This document shows, piece after piece, positions 8,954 through 19,290 of a stretch of 64,000 nt of DNA. Numbering within the stretch: position 1 is the first letter of the stretch; each line of letters starts with the position of its first letter. Both the position numbers and the translations under genes were made by a program. Source of the DNA: an uncultured Eubacterium sp. (lineage in GTDB: Bacteria > Bacillota > Clostridia > Lachnospirales > Lachnospiraceae); NCBI GenBank assembly GCA_948848225.1, contig CAQOJF010000001.1, forward strand, positions 207,849 through 271,848, given 5' to 3'. The notes below the pieces were generated by a model, which was not told where the DNA came from, searched no databases, and worked only from the letters and a program-made list of their open reading frames with translations.

Positions 8954-11900
8954 CTATTGTGCAGCCGCCTTCTGCTCATTTTTCAACTGTTCCTCGATCA
9001 GCTTGACAGAAACAAGGGTTGACACACCCTTTTCCTGCATCGTGATACCATAGAGGGCATCCGCCGCCGACATCGTACCCTGCCGGTGGGTGATCACGAT
9101 AAACTGCGTGTTCTTCGTTAGTTTATGTAAATACTTCGCATACCTCTTTACATTGGAGTCATCCAGCGCCGCCTCGATCTCATCCAGCAGGCAGAAGGGG
9201 GATGGCTTCAGATTCTGGATGGCAAATAGCAGGGCGATCGCCGTCAGCGCCTTCTCTCCACCGGAGAGCTGCATCATATTCTGCAGCTTCTTTCCCGGCG
9301 GCTGGGCGATGATCCGAATACCAGCTTCCAACACATCCTCGTCCTCCACCAGTTCCAGGGTTCCCTTTCCACCGCCAAACAATTCCCGGAATACCCGGTC
9401 AAACTGGGACTTGATCAAGCTGAACTTCTCGTTGAACTGCCCCCGCATCTCCTCATCCAGATCGGCAATAATCTGTTTCAACGCCTCCTCGGACTCGATC
9501 AGATCGTCGTGCTGGGTTTTCAGCAGTTCATAGCGCTCACTGACGCTTTTGTAGTCCTCAATGGCATTGACATTGACGTCCCCCAGCCCGCGGATGCTGT
9601 TTTTCGTCTCTCCCACCAGGTTTTTGATTCGCGCATAAGTAAATTCAGTCTCTCCCGCCAGTTCTTTGGCATTGTGGTAGGTAACCTCGTACTCGTTCCA
9701 CATATAGTTGATTCGGTTGTCCAGCTGTTCCTCCAGTTTTTCCTTTCGCGCCCCCAGCCGGAAGCATTCCTTATCCAGTTCACCGATGTGCTCCATCATC
9801 TCATTTCTCTTGTCAAAGAAATCTTTCTGGGAAACCATCAGTTCTTCTTTTTTCTTGGAATAGTCTGCTATCTCCTGCTCCAGCGTGGCGATCTCGTCTT
9901 TACACACCGCGATCCGTCCCTCAAATTCTTCAATGGACTGGTTCATCTGATCCACCTGGGTATCCGAGCTGTTCTGTTCCTCCACAAGCGCCTGGTACTC
10001 TTTTTCCAATTCTGTCAGACGGTTCTCTGTCTTCTCCAGATTTTCCAGAAGAAAGCTGTTTTTCTGGCTGAAAGATGAGATCTCCAGCTTGAGCTCTGCC
10101 AGCCTTTCCTGGGATTTTGAGAGGCTTTCCGCTGCCTCTTCCAATTCCTCTGTGGTCTGCTCCTGGATCTTTTTCGCCAAATCGTTTTTCCTCTGGCTAT
10201 CCTTCAGCTGGGAGTCGATACGGGACAGGGTTTCTGTCAGAATATTTTTCTGGCTTTCCAGCTCTTTCCCGTCATTGAGGATCGCGTTAAATTCTGTCTC
10301 TTTCTGCTCCTTCACCGCCACCGCCTGCTCGTATTTGATGTTCGCCGTATTCTCACGAAGCTCCAGCTCCTTGAGCACAGAATCCTTTTCTTTTGCCCTC
10401 TGCTCTGCCTTTCCGGCGTCTTCTTCCAGTCGTTTCCTCTTATCCCGAAGCTTATCCATGGATTTTTCAATCTTCTGGATCTCCTCTTCCAGTTTCTCCA
10501 TCTCCCGGCGCCTTCCAAGAAGATTATTGCTGTTCTTATAGGCGCCTCCAGACATAGAACCACCCGGATTCAGAAGCTCGCCCTCCAGCGTTACGATGCG
10601 CAGGGTATGCTTGAATTTTCTTCCCAGCGCCATGGCATGGTCAATGGTATCCACCAGGACAAACCGGCCCAGCAGATACTGTACCAGACCGTCAAACCGA
10701 TGATCTTTCTTTACCAGCTCCGATACACAGCCGATCACACCCTGTTCCGAGAGCACCTCCGGCTTGATCCGTCCCGCCGCGGCAGATACCGTGGTCAGCG
10801 GAAGGAAGGTAGCCCGTCCATAACGGTGTTTTTTCAGAAAGTTGATCATATCCCTGGCGGTATTCTCATCTTCTGTGACAATGTTCTGGATACTTCCACC
10901 CAGAGCGGTTTCCACCGCCGTTTCATATTTTTTATCCACCTGTATGATATCCGCCACAACACCAACGATACCAGGATTCTCCTGCTTTTGCTCCATCACC
11001 CGGCGGATACTCTGTCCATAGCCATCGTAACGCTCCGTAATATTTTTCAGCGTGGCAAGACGGGAGGATTTCATATGATAATCCCTCTGCCTGTCATGTA
11101 ATTCATGCTGCAGGTCTTTTGCCTCAGTCCGGCACTCTTCTGCCTTTTTTAAAAACTCTTTTCTTTTTAAATATTCTGCGTCCAGAGACTGGCGGATCTC
11201 TTCCAGCGTGGACTCTTCCTGCTGCATTTGTTCGACAGCAGTAGATACCTGGCTTTTATTTGATAATATTCTCTGGTTCAGCTCCGCCTTGCGGATGGAA
11301 TTCTGCTCCATCATAGACGCAATCTTTTGATGTTCGATATGGATCTCCGAAGTCTGATTCATGGAAGACAATATGATGTCATTCTGCTCGGCGATGGTTT
11401 TCTCCATCTCCCTGATCCTTTCGCCAAGCCGGTTAGTCTCTGTTAGAAGCTCTGCCTCTTCTGACTGCATCTGCGCCAGTGTCCCGGTAAATTCTTTCTG
11501 GCTCTCCAGATATCCCTCTTTTTCCTTCGTAACCTCTTCCACAGAAGCCTGGATACTGTTCATGCGGTCCGCATAATATTCCTTTCCATGAGAAAGAGAA
11601 GAGATCTTTTCCTTCGCGATCCGGATCTCCCCCTCGATACCGCCAAGGGTGAGACGGTCTCTGTTGCATTTCTCTTTTTTCTGTTCCAGGAGCTCATCAT
11701 ATTCCTTGATCTGATGTTCCACCTCTTCAAACTGGGATTTGGTGCTCTCCTGCTCTTTCTTGACCTCCTCCAGTTCCTTTTCCGCATTGGAGATATTGGT
11801 CTTTGTCTCCAGCAGGTCTTCCTGGCAGCTGTCATAATCCTGTATAAACAGGCTGATCTCATATTTTTTCAGCTCTTCCTTCAGCCGCAGGTACTCTCGC

Positions 11901-12535
11901 GCCTTTTCCGACTGCTTTGCCAAAGGGCCTACCTGTTTTTCCAGCTCTGTCAGGATGTCGCTGACGCGGAGCAGGTTCTGGCTCTCCGCTTCCAGATTTT
12001 TCTCTGCTGTGACCTTTCGCTTTTTAAACTTTACAATTCCCGCCGCCTCATCAAAAAGTTCCCGGCGCTCCTCTGGTTTACCGCTGAGGATCTTATCAAT
12101 CTGACCCTGACCAATAATCGAGTATCCCTCTTTTCCGATACCAGTGTCAAAAAAAAGCTCCTGCACATCTTTCAGCCGGCATGCCGCACCATTAAGTAGA
12201 TATTCACTCTCTCCGGAACGGTATACCCGTCTCGCCACCTGTACTTCCTCATATGGCACATTTAACTTATGGTCCTCATTGGAGATCGTCAGCGCCACAT
12301 AGGCATAACTCTGAGGCTTGCGAAGCTCTGTCCCGGCAAAGATCACATCCTGCATGCTGGCACCCCTGAGCTGTTTGGCACTCTGCTCCCCCAGAACCCA
12401 GCGGACGGCGTCAGCCACATTACTTTTCCCGCTCCCATTGGGCCCTACGATACCGGTTATGCCGTTGTGAAACTCAAACACCAGCTTATTGGCGAAGGAT
12501 TTAAAACCGTGAACTTCGATACTTTTCAGATACAT
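8954..12535 (-). CDS. smc: Chromosome segregation protein SMC
   Basis: GFKSF, GPNGSGKSN, coiled coils and hinge, LSGGEK, LDEIEAALD. Confidence 0.98.
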   Translation of the reverse strand: MYLKSIEVHGFKSFANKLVFEFHNGITGIVGPNGSGKSNVADAVRWVLGEQSAKQLRGASMQDVIFAGTELRKPQSYAYVALTISNEDHKLNVPYEEVQVARRVYRSGESEYLLNGAACRLKDVQELFFDTGIGKEGYSIIGQGQIDKILSGKPEERRELFDEAAGIVKFKKRKVTAEKNLEAESQNLLRVSDILTELEKQVGPLAKQSEKAREYLRLKEELKKYEISLFIQDYDSCQEDLLETKTNISNAEKELEEVKKEQESTKSQFEEVEHQIKEYDELLEQKKEKCNRDRLTLGGIEGEIRIAKEKISSLSHGKEYYADRMNSIQASVEEVTKEKEGYLESQKEFTGTLAQMQSEEAELLTETNRLGERIREMEKTIAEQNDIILSSMNQTSEIHIEHQKIASMMEQNSIRKAELNQRILSNKSQVSTAVEQMQQEESTLEEIRQSLDAEYLKRKEFLKKAEECRTEAKDLQHELHDRQRDYHMKSSRLATLKNITERYDGYGQSIRRVMEQKQENPGIVGVVADIIQVDKKYETAVETALGGSIQNIVTEDENTARDMINFLKKHRYGRATFLPLTTVSAAAGRIKPEVLSEQGVIGCVSELVKKDHRFDGLVQYLLGRFVLVDTIDHAMALGRKFKHTLRIVTLEGELLNPGGSMSGGAYKNSNNLLGRRREMEKLEEEIQKIEKSMDKLRDKRKRLEEDAGKAEQRAKEKDSVLKELELRENTANIKYEQAVAVKEQKETEFNAILNDGKELESQKNILTETLSRIDSQLKDSQRKNDLAKKIQEQTTEELEEAAESLSKSQERLAELKLEISSFSQKNSFLLENLEKTENRLTELEKEYQALVEEQNSSDTQVDQMNQSIEEFEGRIAVCKDEIATLEQEIADYSKKKEELMVSQKDFFDKRNEMMEHIGELDKECFRLGARKEKLEEQLDNRINYMWNEYEVTYHNAKELAGETEFTYARIKNLVGETKNSIRGLGDVNVNAIEDYKSVSERYELLKTQHDDLIESEEALKQIIADLDEEMRGQFNEKFSLIKSQFDRVFRELFGGGKGTLELVEDEDVLEAGIRIIAQPPGKKLQNMMQLSGGEKALTAIALLFAIQNLKPSPFCLLDEIEAALDDSNVKRYAKYLHKLTKNTQFIVITHRQGTMSAADALYGITMQEKGVSTLVSVKLIEEQLKNEQKAAAQ

Positions 12536-12548
12536 AAACAAACTCCAA

Positions 12549-13244
12549 TCATTTTTTATTCTTCAGTCTGCATAAAGCCTCGTAGGCAGCATTCTGCTCC
12601 GCCGTCTTTTTGGAGTGTCCCATTCCGGTTCCGAGACATGTCCCATCCAGCAGGCAGCTCACCTCAAATACTTTCGCATGATCCGGTCCGGTCTCCGAAA
12701 CAAGCTCATAACAGATACTGCCGGTTCCCTGTGCCTGGATCATCTCCTGCAGCACCGTTTTGCTGTCATAGAATAATTTTTTATTTTCTATGTCTGAGAG
12801 CACAAAACGTTTCACAAAGGACCTGGCTTTCTCAAGACCGCCATCCAGATACATGGCGCCGATTACCGCTTCAAAGGCATCCGACAGGATGGAATCCCTC
12901 TCCCTGCCTCCGGTGGCAGCCTCGCCTTTTCCCAGCCGAATAAACCGTCCCAGCCCGATCTGCCTGGCAGAATCCGCCAGACTTCTCTCACAGACCAGGC
13001 TGGCGCGGAGCTTGGTCATCTCACCCTCCATGTCACCACTGTGCTCGTGAAAAATAAAATCACTGCTCACCAGTTCCAGCACGGCATCCCCCAAAAACTC
13101 CAGTCTCTCATTATTTCTGTTGTACGTCCAGTGCCTCTCGTTGGCAAATGAACTGTGGGTCAGTGCATTCTCCAAAAGTCTTTTATTGTGAAATGCATAG
13201 CCGATCCGGTCTTCAAATTCCTCGATATCCTTCATATCACTCAC
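12549..13244 (-). CDS. rnc: Ribonuclease III
   Basis: NERLEFLGDAVL signature and C-terminal dsRBD. Confidence 0.98.
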   Translation of the reverse strand: MSDMKDIEEFEDRIGYAFHNKRLLENALTHSSFANERHWTYNRNNERLEFLGDAVLELVSSDFIFHEHSGDMEGEMTKLRASLVCERSLADSARQIGLGRFIRLGKGEAATGGRERDSILSDAFEAVIGAMYLDGGLEKARSFVKRFVLSDIENKKLFYDSKTVLQEMIQAQGTGSICYELVSETGPDHAKVFEVSCLLDGTCLGTGMGHSKKTAEQNAAYEALCRLKNKK

Positions 13245-14238
13245 AAATGCTTTCTTTAATTTTTTCGTTTATTCCCTGCTTTTTAAAGGAGACACACTGT
13301 TTTATGGCGATCTCAATCTCCTTGCAGGTAGAGTTCCCATGTGCCTTTACTACCAGTCCCTTTAAACCAAGAAGCGGTGCGCCGCCCTGGCTGCTCGTAT
13401 CAAACTGCTTTTTTAATCCTTTCAGGGCAGGTTTGACCAGCACCGTACCGATCTTTGTCCGCAGGCTGGATAACAATCCCTGCTTGAGACTGTCAAACAT
13501 CGTCAGAGCAAGTCCCTCGAAAAACTTCAGCACAATATTTCCTACAAATGCCTCACAGACGATGACATCTGCCGCTCCACGGACGATCTCTCGAGACTCA
13601 ATGCTGCCAATGTAGTTGATTCCCTTACATTCCTTTAGCAATGGTTTGGTATCCTTCACCAGCTGGTTCCCCTTCTCTTCTTCCGTTCCGATATTGAGGA
13701 GACCCACTGTAGGATTCTTTTTCCCCATCACATTTTCAAAGTAAATAGATCCCATCTGGGCAAACTGAACCAGATGCTCTGGTCTGGCATCTACATTGGC
13801 TCCACAGTCAATGAGCAGGGAAAATCCCTTCGTTGTCGGCACAAAAGGCGCCAGAGGCGGTCTCTTGATCCCCTTAAGACGCCCCACTACCAGCTGTCCC
13901 CCTACCAGAATCGCACCGGTGCTTCCCGCGGAAACGACGGCATCCGCTTTTCCATCCCGAACCAGCCTCATCGCCACCACCAGTGACGAATCCTTTTTAT
14001 TTTTAATCGCCGCCGTGGGCACATCTCCCATGTCAATAATCTCTTCGGCATGAACCACCTCAATGGAATCACTATTATATTCATATTTCGCCAGCTCTGC
14101 CTGAATCAAATCCTGCTTTCCTACCAGGATTACTTTGATCTCCTCTGCGGAATTCACCGCATTGACTGCGCCCTGCACCGTCTGCTCTGGTGCATAATCT
14201 CCGCCCATGGCATCCAGGGCAACAATAATCTTCTCCAT
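13237..14238 (-). CDS. plsX: Phosphate acyltransferase PlsX
   Basis: Start MEKIIVALDAMGGDYAP (ATG 14238); DCGANVD, NIGTEEEKG, GAPLLGL, KAHG. Confidence 0.96.
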   Translation of the reverse strand: MEKIIVALDAMGGDYAPEQTVQGAVNAVNSAEEIKVILVGKQDLIQAELAKYEYNSDSIEVVHAEEIIDMGDVPTAAIKNKKDSSLVVAMRLVRDGKADAVVSAGSTGAILVGGQLVVGRLKGIKRPPLAPFVPTTKGFSLLIDCGANVDARPEHLVQFAQMGSIYFENVMGKKNPTVGLLNIGTEEEKGNQLVKDTKPLLKECKGINYIGSIESREIVRGAADVIVCEAFVGNIVLKFFEGLALTMFDSLKQGLLSSLRTKIGTVLVKPALKGLKKQFDTSSQGGAPLLGLKGLVVKAHGNSTCKEIEIAIKQCVSFKKQGINEKIKESICE

Positions 14239-14252
14239 AATTACCTCTTTTC

Positions 14253-14394
14253 TGCGCTTTTTTGCGCATCTCAAGTTTGTGACTGCAACGCAGACACAAA
14301 CGATGGAGTGAAGAGAGCCAGGTGTCACGAACTTCTGACACCTGGCGAGCAAATGCCTGGTGAGGTTTTTCCGAACCGGCAATTGCCTTCACTT
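14253..14394 (-). other. Multi-hairpin structured element in the plsX 5' region (candidate cis-regulatory RNA or REP-like repeat)
   Basis: Inverted repeats at 14253-14268, 14275-14301 and 14317-14346 (11-bp perfect), plus a closing helix AGTGAAG(14307)/CTTCACT(14387). Confidence 0.55.
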
Positions 14395-14408
14395 TCTTTT
14401 CTTATTTA

Positions 14409-14436
14409 AAGCCACCCGATTTGGTTCGAGTGGCTT
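14409..14436 (-). terminator. Probable intrinsic terminator after cheR
   Basis: AAGCCAC...GTGGCTT stem just after the cheR stop. Confidence 0.6.
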
Positions 14437-14452
14437 ATTGACATTTCTTTTC

Positions 14453-15232
14453 TTAAAGTTTTTTGTAGAAAAAGGATTGAAATGACTCAAGACCATACCG
14501 GTCCGGACCTATAATCTGTTCCGTGCTGCCCACAAAAAGAATTCCATTCCTCTTGAGACTCTTCACAAATCCTTTATAAATTCCATCCTTCGCTTCATCG
14601 GTAAAGTAGATCAGAACATTTCTGCATACCAGCAGGTCAACGTCTGCTATGTAAGAATCCTTTAAAAGATTATGCTGCCGGAAAGTAATACATTTCTTAA
14701 TAGAATCCACTACATGATACAGTCCGTGTTCATCCTTCTGAAAATATTTATTAATATATTTATCCGGAAGTCCTTTGACGCTCTTTTCATTATAGCATCC
14801 TCGCTTCGCTTTGGATAAGACTTCTTTATCCATATCGGTAGCTATGATCTCGATCTGATTCAGGGAAACATAATCACTTAGTACCATGGCAAGAGAATAG
14901 GGCTCATCACCAGTAGAACAGGCAGCGCTCCAGATCCGGAGCTTTTTCCCGAAACACCCCAGAAGATGAGGAATGATAACTTTTTCCAATGTTGTCCATT
15001 GTGCCGGATTTCTGTAAAATTCTGAGACATTGATAGTCAGATACGTAATAAACATATCATAAAGATCACTGTCTTTTTGTATCAGTTTAAGAAAGTTAAC
15101 ATATCCTGCACATTGATTCTTGTCGATAAAGTTATCAATCCTTCTCTTCATCTGGTTTTCCTTATAGGAACTCAGATCGATCTTGGAAAGCTTAAAAAAC
15201 TCTCTCTTGAAATCTTCATAATTATTTAACAT
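14453..15232 (-). CDS. cheR: Chemotaxis protein-glutamate O-methyltransferase
   Basis: LTINVSEFYRN, RIWSAACSTGDEPYSLA, CRNVLIYF. Confidence 0.95.
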   Translation of the reverse strand: MLNNYEDFKREFFKLSKIDLSSYKENQMKRRIDNFIDKNQCAGYVNFLKLIQKDSDLYDMFITYLTINVSEFYRNPAQWTTLEKVIIPHLLGCFGKKLRIWSAACSTGDEPYSLAMVLSDYVSLNQIEIIATDMDKEVLSKAKRGCYNEKSVKGLPDKYINKYFQKDEHGLYHVVDSIKKCITFRQHNLLKDSYIADVDLLVCRNVLIYFTDEAKDGIYKGFVKSLKRNGILFVGSTEQIIGPDRYGLESFQSFFYKKL

Positions 15233-15271
15233 AGATATACACCAGCAATTTTAAATCATTGAAGCACAGAA

Positions 15272-16417
15272 TTATACTTCTCCTTCTGCCTCCATGTTAT
15301 CAGCTTCTAACGTCTCCGGTGCTGTCTCTTCAGCCAGAGCTTCTTCTGCTTCTTTCTGATTTTCAATCTCCAGTGCTTTGATACTAAGACTAATCTTCTT
15401 TGCCTCCTCGTTGAAATCAACGACTTTTGCAGTGATTTCCTGTCCTGCCTTCAAAACGTCAGATGGCTTCTCCACATGCTCAATCGAGATCTGGGACACA
15501 TGCAGCAGTGCATCAATGCCCTCTTCCAACTCTACAAATGCACCAAAATCGGTCATACGGGCAACCTTACCTGTCACAACATTTCCCTTGGCATACTTCT
15601 CAGGTGCAGTTTTCCATGGATTGTTGGAATCCAGTTTCATCGTAAGGGCAATCTTGGTACCGACAATATCTTTGATCATCACATTCACCTGGTCACCAAC
15701 CTTGAACAGTTTCTTTGGATCCTCTACACGTCCCCAGCTCATCTCGGAGATATGTAAGAGTCCATCTGCTCCTCCCAGATCAATAAAAGCACCAAAATCA
15801 GTGAGATTCTTCACAGTACCTTCAATCATCATGCCCACTTCAATCTTTGCCAGCAGCTCTTCCTGCATCTCTTTTTTCTTTGCCACAACCAGCTGTCTGC
15901 GGTCACCAATAATTCTTCTCTTACGGGGATTTACTTCTGTGAGTACAAAATCAATCTCCTGTCCTGCATATTTGGACAAATCTCTTTCATATACGTCAGA
16001 TACCAGGCTCGCCGGAATAAATATCCTGCCCTCGCCATAAGCAACACTGAGTCCGCCTTTTAAAGCTGCTGCTACGGTACCGGTAAGAACTTCGCCCTTT
16101 TCCATCGCTTCTTCAAAGATCTTGTTCATCTTATCCTGCTGTAATCTCTTATAAGTAAGAAGAACCTGACCTTCTCCGTCATTAACTTTCAGCACTTTTA
16201 CAGTGAGCTTATCATCCAATTTGACTTCTTTGGTCAAATCAACATCAGGATTGTTGCTATATTCGTTCTTTGTCAATATACCATCTGCTTTATATCCAAT
16301 ATTTAAGATAATTTCACTATCCTTTACGCCGATAACTGTCCCTTCTACAACCTCATTATTATGGATTGTTACTAATGATTCCTCTAATAATTCTCCAAAA
16401 CTTCTTTCTTCTGACAT
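15272..16417 (-). CDS. rpsA: 30S ribosomal protein S1 (four S1 domains)
   Basis: Repeated FGAFIDLG.DGLLHISE / FGAFVELEEGIDALLHVSQ S1 motifs; own AGGAGG RBS. Confidence 0.93.
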   Translation of the reverse strand: MSEERSFGELLEESLVTIHNNEVVEGTVIGVKDSEIILNIGYKADGILTKNEYSNNPDVDLTKEVKLDDKLTVKVLKVNDGEGQVLLTYKRLQQDKMNKIFEEAMEKGEVLTGTVAAALKGGLSVAYGEGRIFIPASLVSDVYERDLSKYAGQEIDFVLTEVNPRKRRIIGDRRQLVVAKKKEMQEELLAKIEVGMMIEGTVKNLTDFGAFIDLGGADGLLHISEMSWGRVEDPKKLFKVGDQVNVMIKDIVGTKIALTMKLDSNNPWKTAPEKYAKGNVVTGKVARMTDFGAFVELEEGIDALLHVSQISIEHVEKPSDVLKAGQEITAKVVDFNEEAKKISLSIKALEIENQKEAEEALAEETAPETLEADNMEAEGEV

Positions 16418-17268
16418 GCCTCTAGAACCTCCTGAATAATGTTTTTTGGGGTGGATGCCCCCGCAGTAATACCTAGGCTTTCAGACGACCGGACGCATTC
16501 CATGTCCAGATCTTCCAATGTCTGTATAAAATAAGTGCTCTCACACTGATTTTTACTGATTTCATATAGTTTTCTGGAATTTGAACTGTTCTTTCCGCCA
16601 ATAACAATCATGGCATCCGAACAGGCCGCAAGCTCCTGTGCTTCTTTCTGTCTCTCTGCCGTCGCATTGCATATAGTATTCACAGCAATTATATCATAAC
16701 CTTTTTTTGAAATAATTTCAACTAAATCTTTAAATTTTTTGTAATTAAATGTCGTCTGTGCCACAACACATACCTTTTTTCCATTATTCTGGGGCTCATA
16801 GGAAGATATTTCCTGCTCTTTTTCCAGCACTTTCCCCCTTCCCAGGCACCATCCGAGGATCCCCTGGACTTCCGGATGTTCCCTGCTTCCAATGATAACG
16901 ATATCATAACCCTGGGCTGCATGTTTTCGGACTGTATCATGAATCTTTTTTACAAAAGGACAGGTGGAGTCCACAATCTCACATTTTTTTTCTTCCAGAG
17001 CCTGATAGACAGCTTCGGAGACGCCATGGGATCGAATTACCACGGTAGAGCCAGACAGCTTATTTCCATCCTCTTCCATTTTTTCCAGATCCAGTTCATT
17101 GATTACTTTCACGCCTTTTTTTTCCAGATCAGACACAACCTCTTCGTTATGGATGATCGGTCCAAGGGTATAAACCTGTTTTCCTTTCTGTACCTCCGTA
17201 TAAACCATCTCTACCGCTCTCTTTACCCCAAAGCAAAATCCTGCTGTTTTTGCCAGTGTTACCATCAT
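16384..17268 (-). CDS. ispH: 4-hydroxy-3-methylbut-2-enyl diphosphate reductase
   Basis: AGFCFGVKRA, IIHN, SHG, TCPFV, TICNAT, SSNS, ITAGASTP. Confidence 0.96.
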   Translation of the reverse strand: MMVTLAKTAGFCFGVKRAVEMVYTEVQKGKQVYTLGPIIHNEEVVSDLEKKGVKVINELDLEKMEEDGNKLSGSTVVIRSHGVSEAVYQALEEKKCEIVDSTCPFVKKIHDTVRKHAAQGYDIVIIGSREHPEVQGILGWCLGRGKVLEKEQEISSYEPQNNGKKVCVVAQTTFNYKKFKDLVEIISKKGYDIIAVNTICNATAERQKEAQELAACSDAMIVIGGKNSSNSRKLYEISKNQCESTYFIQTLEDLDMECVRSSESLGITAGASTPKNIIQEVLEACQKKEVLENY

Positions 17269-17927
17269 ACGCTTCTCCCTTTCGCTAGAGTAATGATCTC
17301 CTGTACCACCTCATCGATGGTCATATCCGACGAATCCAAGTAGACTGCGTCCTCTGCCTGTTTGAGAGGAGATATTTCACGGTTCATATCCTGTTTGTCC
17401 CGAAGGATGATATCCTCTTCGATCTTCTTCCGGTCACAATCCACTCCTTTTTCCTGAAGTTCTTTGTATCTTCTGTCCGCCCGTACCGCGGCACTTGCTG
17501 TCAGGTAGATTTTCAGCTCCGCACCCGGCAGAACCACCGTACCGATGTCCCTGCCATCCATGATCACATCCGTGCTGGCTGCCATCTGGCGCTGAAGCGC
17601 TACCAGTTTTTCCCTGACAGCTCCGTAGGCAGCGACCACCGAGGCCTGATTTCCCACCTCCTCGCTGCGGATCTCCCTGGATACATTTGTGTCATTGAGA
17701 AAGATCTGCTGATCGCCGTTTTCATAGGCGATACGGATTTCGATCTCCCCGCAGTGTTCCGCTACCGCCTTTTCATCTTTTATGTCGATTCCGTTTTTTA
17801 AAAAATAATAAGCCATCGTCCGATACATGGCTCCCGTATCGATATACACAAATGATAATTTTTTTGCTGTCAGCTTCGCGATGGAACTTTTTCCTGCCCC
17901 GGCAGGTCCGTCAATTGCTATATTCAT
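17265..17927 (-). CDS. cmk: Cytidylate kinase
   Basis: IAIDGPAGAGKS, DTGAMYR, MDGRDIGTVV. Confidence 0.97.
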   Translation of the reverse strand: MNIAIDGPAGAGKSSIAKLTAKKLSFVYIDTGAMYRTMAYYFLKNGIDIKDEKAVAEHCGEIEIRIAYENGDQQIFLNDTNVSREIRSEEVGNQASVVAAYGAVREKLVALQRQMAASTDVIMDGRDIGTVVLPGAELKIYLTASAAVRADRRYKELQEKGVDCDRKKIEEDIILRDKQDMNREISPLKQAEDAVYLDSSDMTIDEVVQEIITLAKGRSV

Positions 17928-17988
17928 TGTCTCTCTCCATTCTTTATTCTTTTTCCTGGTTCTCTATGTTTTTTATCATTTTTTCTCT

Positions 17989-19266
17989 CTATGTGTCCAA
18001 TACCCGTTCCGCGGCACTTTCTCCTGCCGTGTATCCGGTAGACCATGCGATCTGAAGATTAAATCCACCCGTCAATGCATCCACATCCAGCACCTCCCCC
18101 GCAAAATACAGACCCTGGATCTGTTTGCTCTCCATTGTAGCGGGATTGATCTCACGGACATTGACACCGCCTTTGGTGATGATCGCCTCGTTCCATCCCC
18201 GAAGGGATTCGATCGAAAATACCATTCCTTTTATGACATCCACCAGTTTATCCCGTTCTTCCCTGGTCACTTGATTGACTGCCTTTTCTCCCCTCAGACC
18301 ACTTATTTTCAATACCACTGGAATCATACTTCGGGGAAGAAGTCCTCCCAGTGAATTTTTAAGGATCACATTGGGATTTGCCTCAAAATCTCTCAGAATC
18401 CGCTTGTGAAGCTTTTCTTTGGAAAGCGCTGGCTTGCAATCCAATTCAGCATAAACCTGTTCTGACTCAAAGGCGCTGCCGAGGCGACTAGAGGCTGAGA
18501 GCACGATCGGTCCCGTGATCCCAAAATGAGTGAACATCATTTCTCCAAATTCCCGGTACAGCTCCTTTTTCTTCCCATTTGTCTTCCTGGTATAGAAAGA
18601 CATCTCAACATTTTTCATAGACAACCCCTGCATCTGCGCTGGCTCTTCTCCTCTGATATTCATTGGCACCAGCGACGGCAGGCACCTGATTACGGTGTGA
18701 CCGGTCTGGGCCGCCATCAGATAACCGTCTCCTTCCGAACCGGTAGAGGGATAAGATCTGCCCCCCGCCGCCACAATCACCTGGCTGGCCGTGATCTCTC
18801 TGCCATCGGCAAGCCTCACACCCTTGACGGATTGGAGGACATCACGGTCAAATAATATCGATTTTACCCGACTATGGAAAAGAATTTTCACCCCACATTT
18901 CCGGCAGGCCTCTGAGAGCACCCGGATCACATCCGAAGATTTATCCGATACCGGAAAGACGCGGTTTCCACGCTCCACCTTTATCGGAAGACCTTCTTTT
19001 TCAAAAAAAGCGATGACATCCTCATTCGTAAAGCGGTAAAAACTACTGTACATAAACTTATGATTCGTCATCACATTCTGGAACAGCTCCTCCATATCAC
19101 AGGCATTGGTGATATTGCACCTGCCCTTTCCTGTTATATATATTTTTTTCCCTGGCTTCTCATTCCTTTCAACAATACAGACCCGGCACCCCCGTCTGCC
19201 TGCTGCGATCGCCGCCATCATTCCGGCCGCACCGGCACCAATGACTACTATATCATAATCTTTCAT
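17989..19266 (-). CDS. HI0933/BaiN family NAD(P)/FAD oxidoreductase
   Basis: GAGAAG, ITGKGRCNITN, FTHFGITGP, YFAGEVLDVDALTGGFNLQ. Confidence 0.93.
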   Translation of the reverse strand: MKDYDIVVIGAGAAGMMAAIAAGRRGCRVCIVERNEKPGKKIYITGKGRCNITNACDMEELFQNVMTNHKFMYSSFYRFTNEDVIAFFEKEGLPIKVERGNRVFPVSDKSSDVIRVLSEACRKCGVKILFHSRVKSILFDRDVLQSVKGVRLADGREITASQVIVAAGGRSYPSTGSEGDGYLMAAQTGHTVIRCLPSLVPMNIRGEEPAQMQGLSMKNVEMSFYTRKTNGKKKELYREFGEMMFTHFGITGPIVLSASSRLGSAFESEQVYAELDCKPALSKEKLHKRILRDFEANPNVILKNSLGGLLPRSMIPVVLKISGLRGEKAVNQVTREERDKLVDVIKGMVFSIESLRGWNEAIITKGGVNVREINPATMESKQIQGLYFAGEVLDVDALTGGFNLQIAWSTGYTAGESAAERVLDT

Positions 19267-19290
19267 TCGTTCTGTCCTCTTTATCTCAAA

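Noticed and set aside
14081..14409. ORFs spanning the plsX leader, and the 48-aa N-terminal extension of PlsX
   Set aside because: The true start has a GAGG RBS at MEKII; the extension runs through hairpins and shows no homology cues
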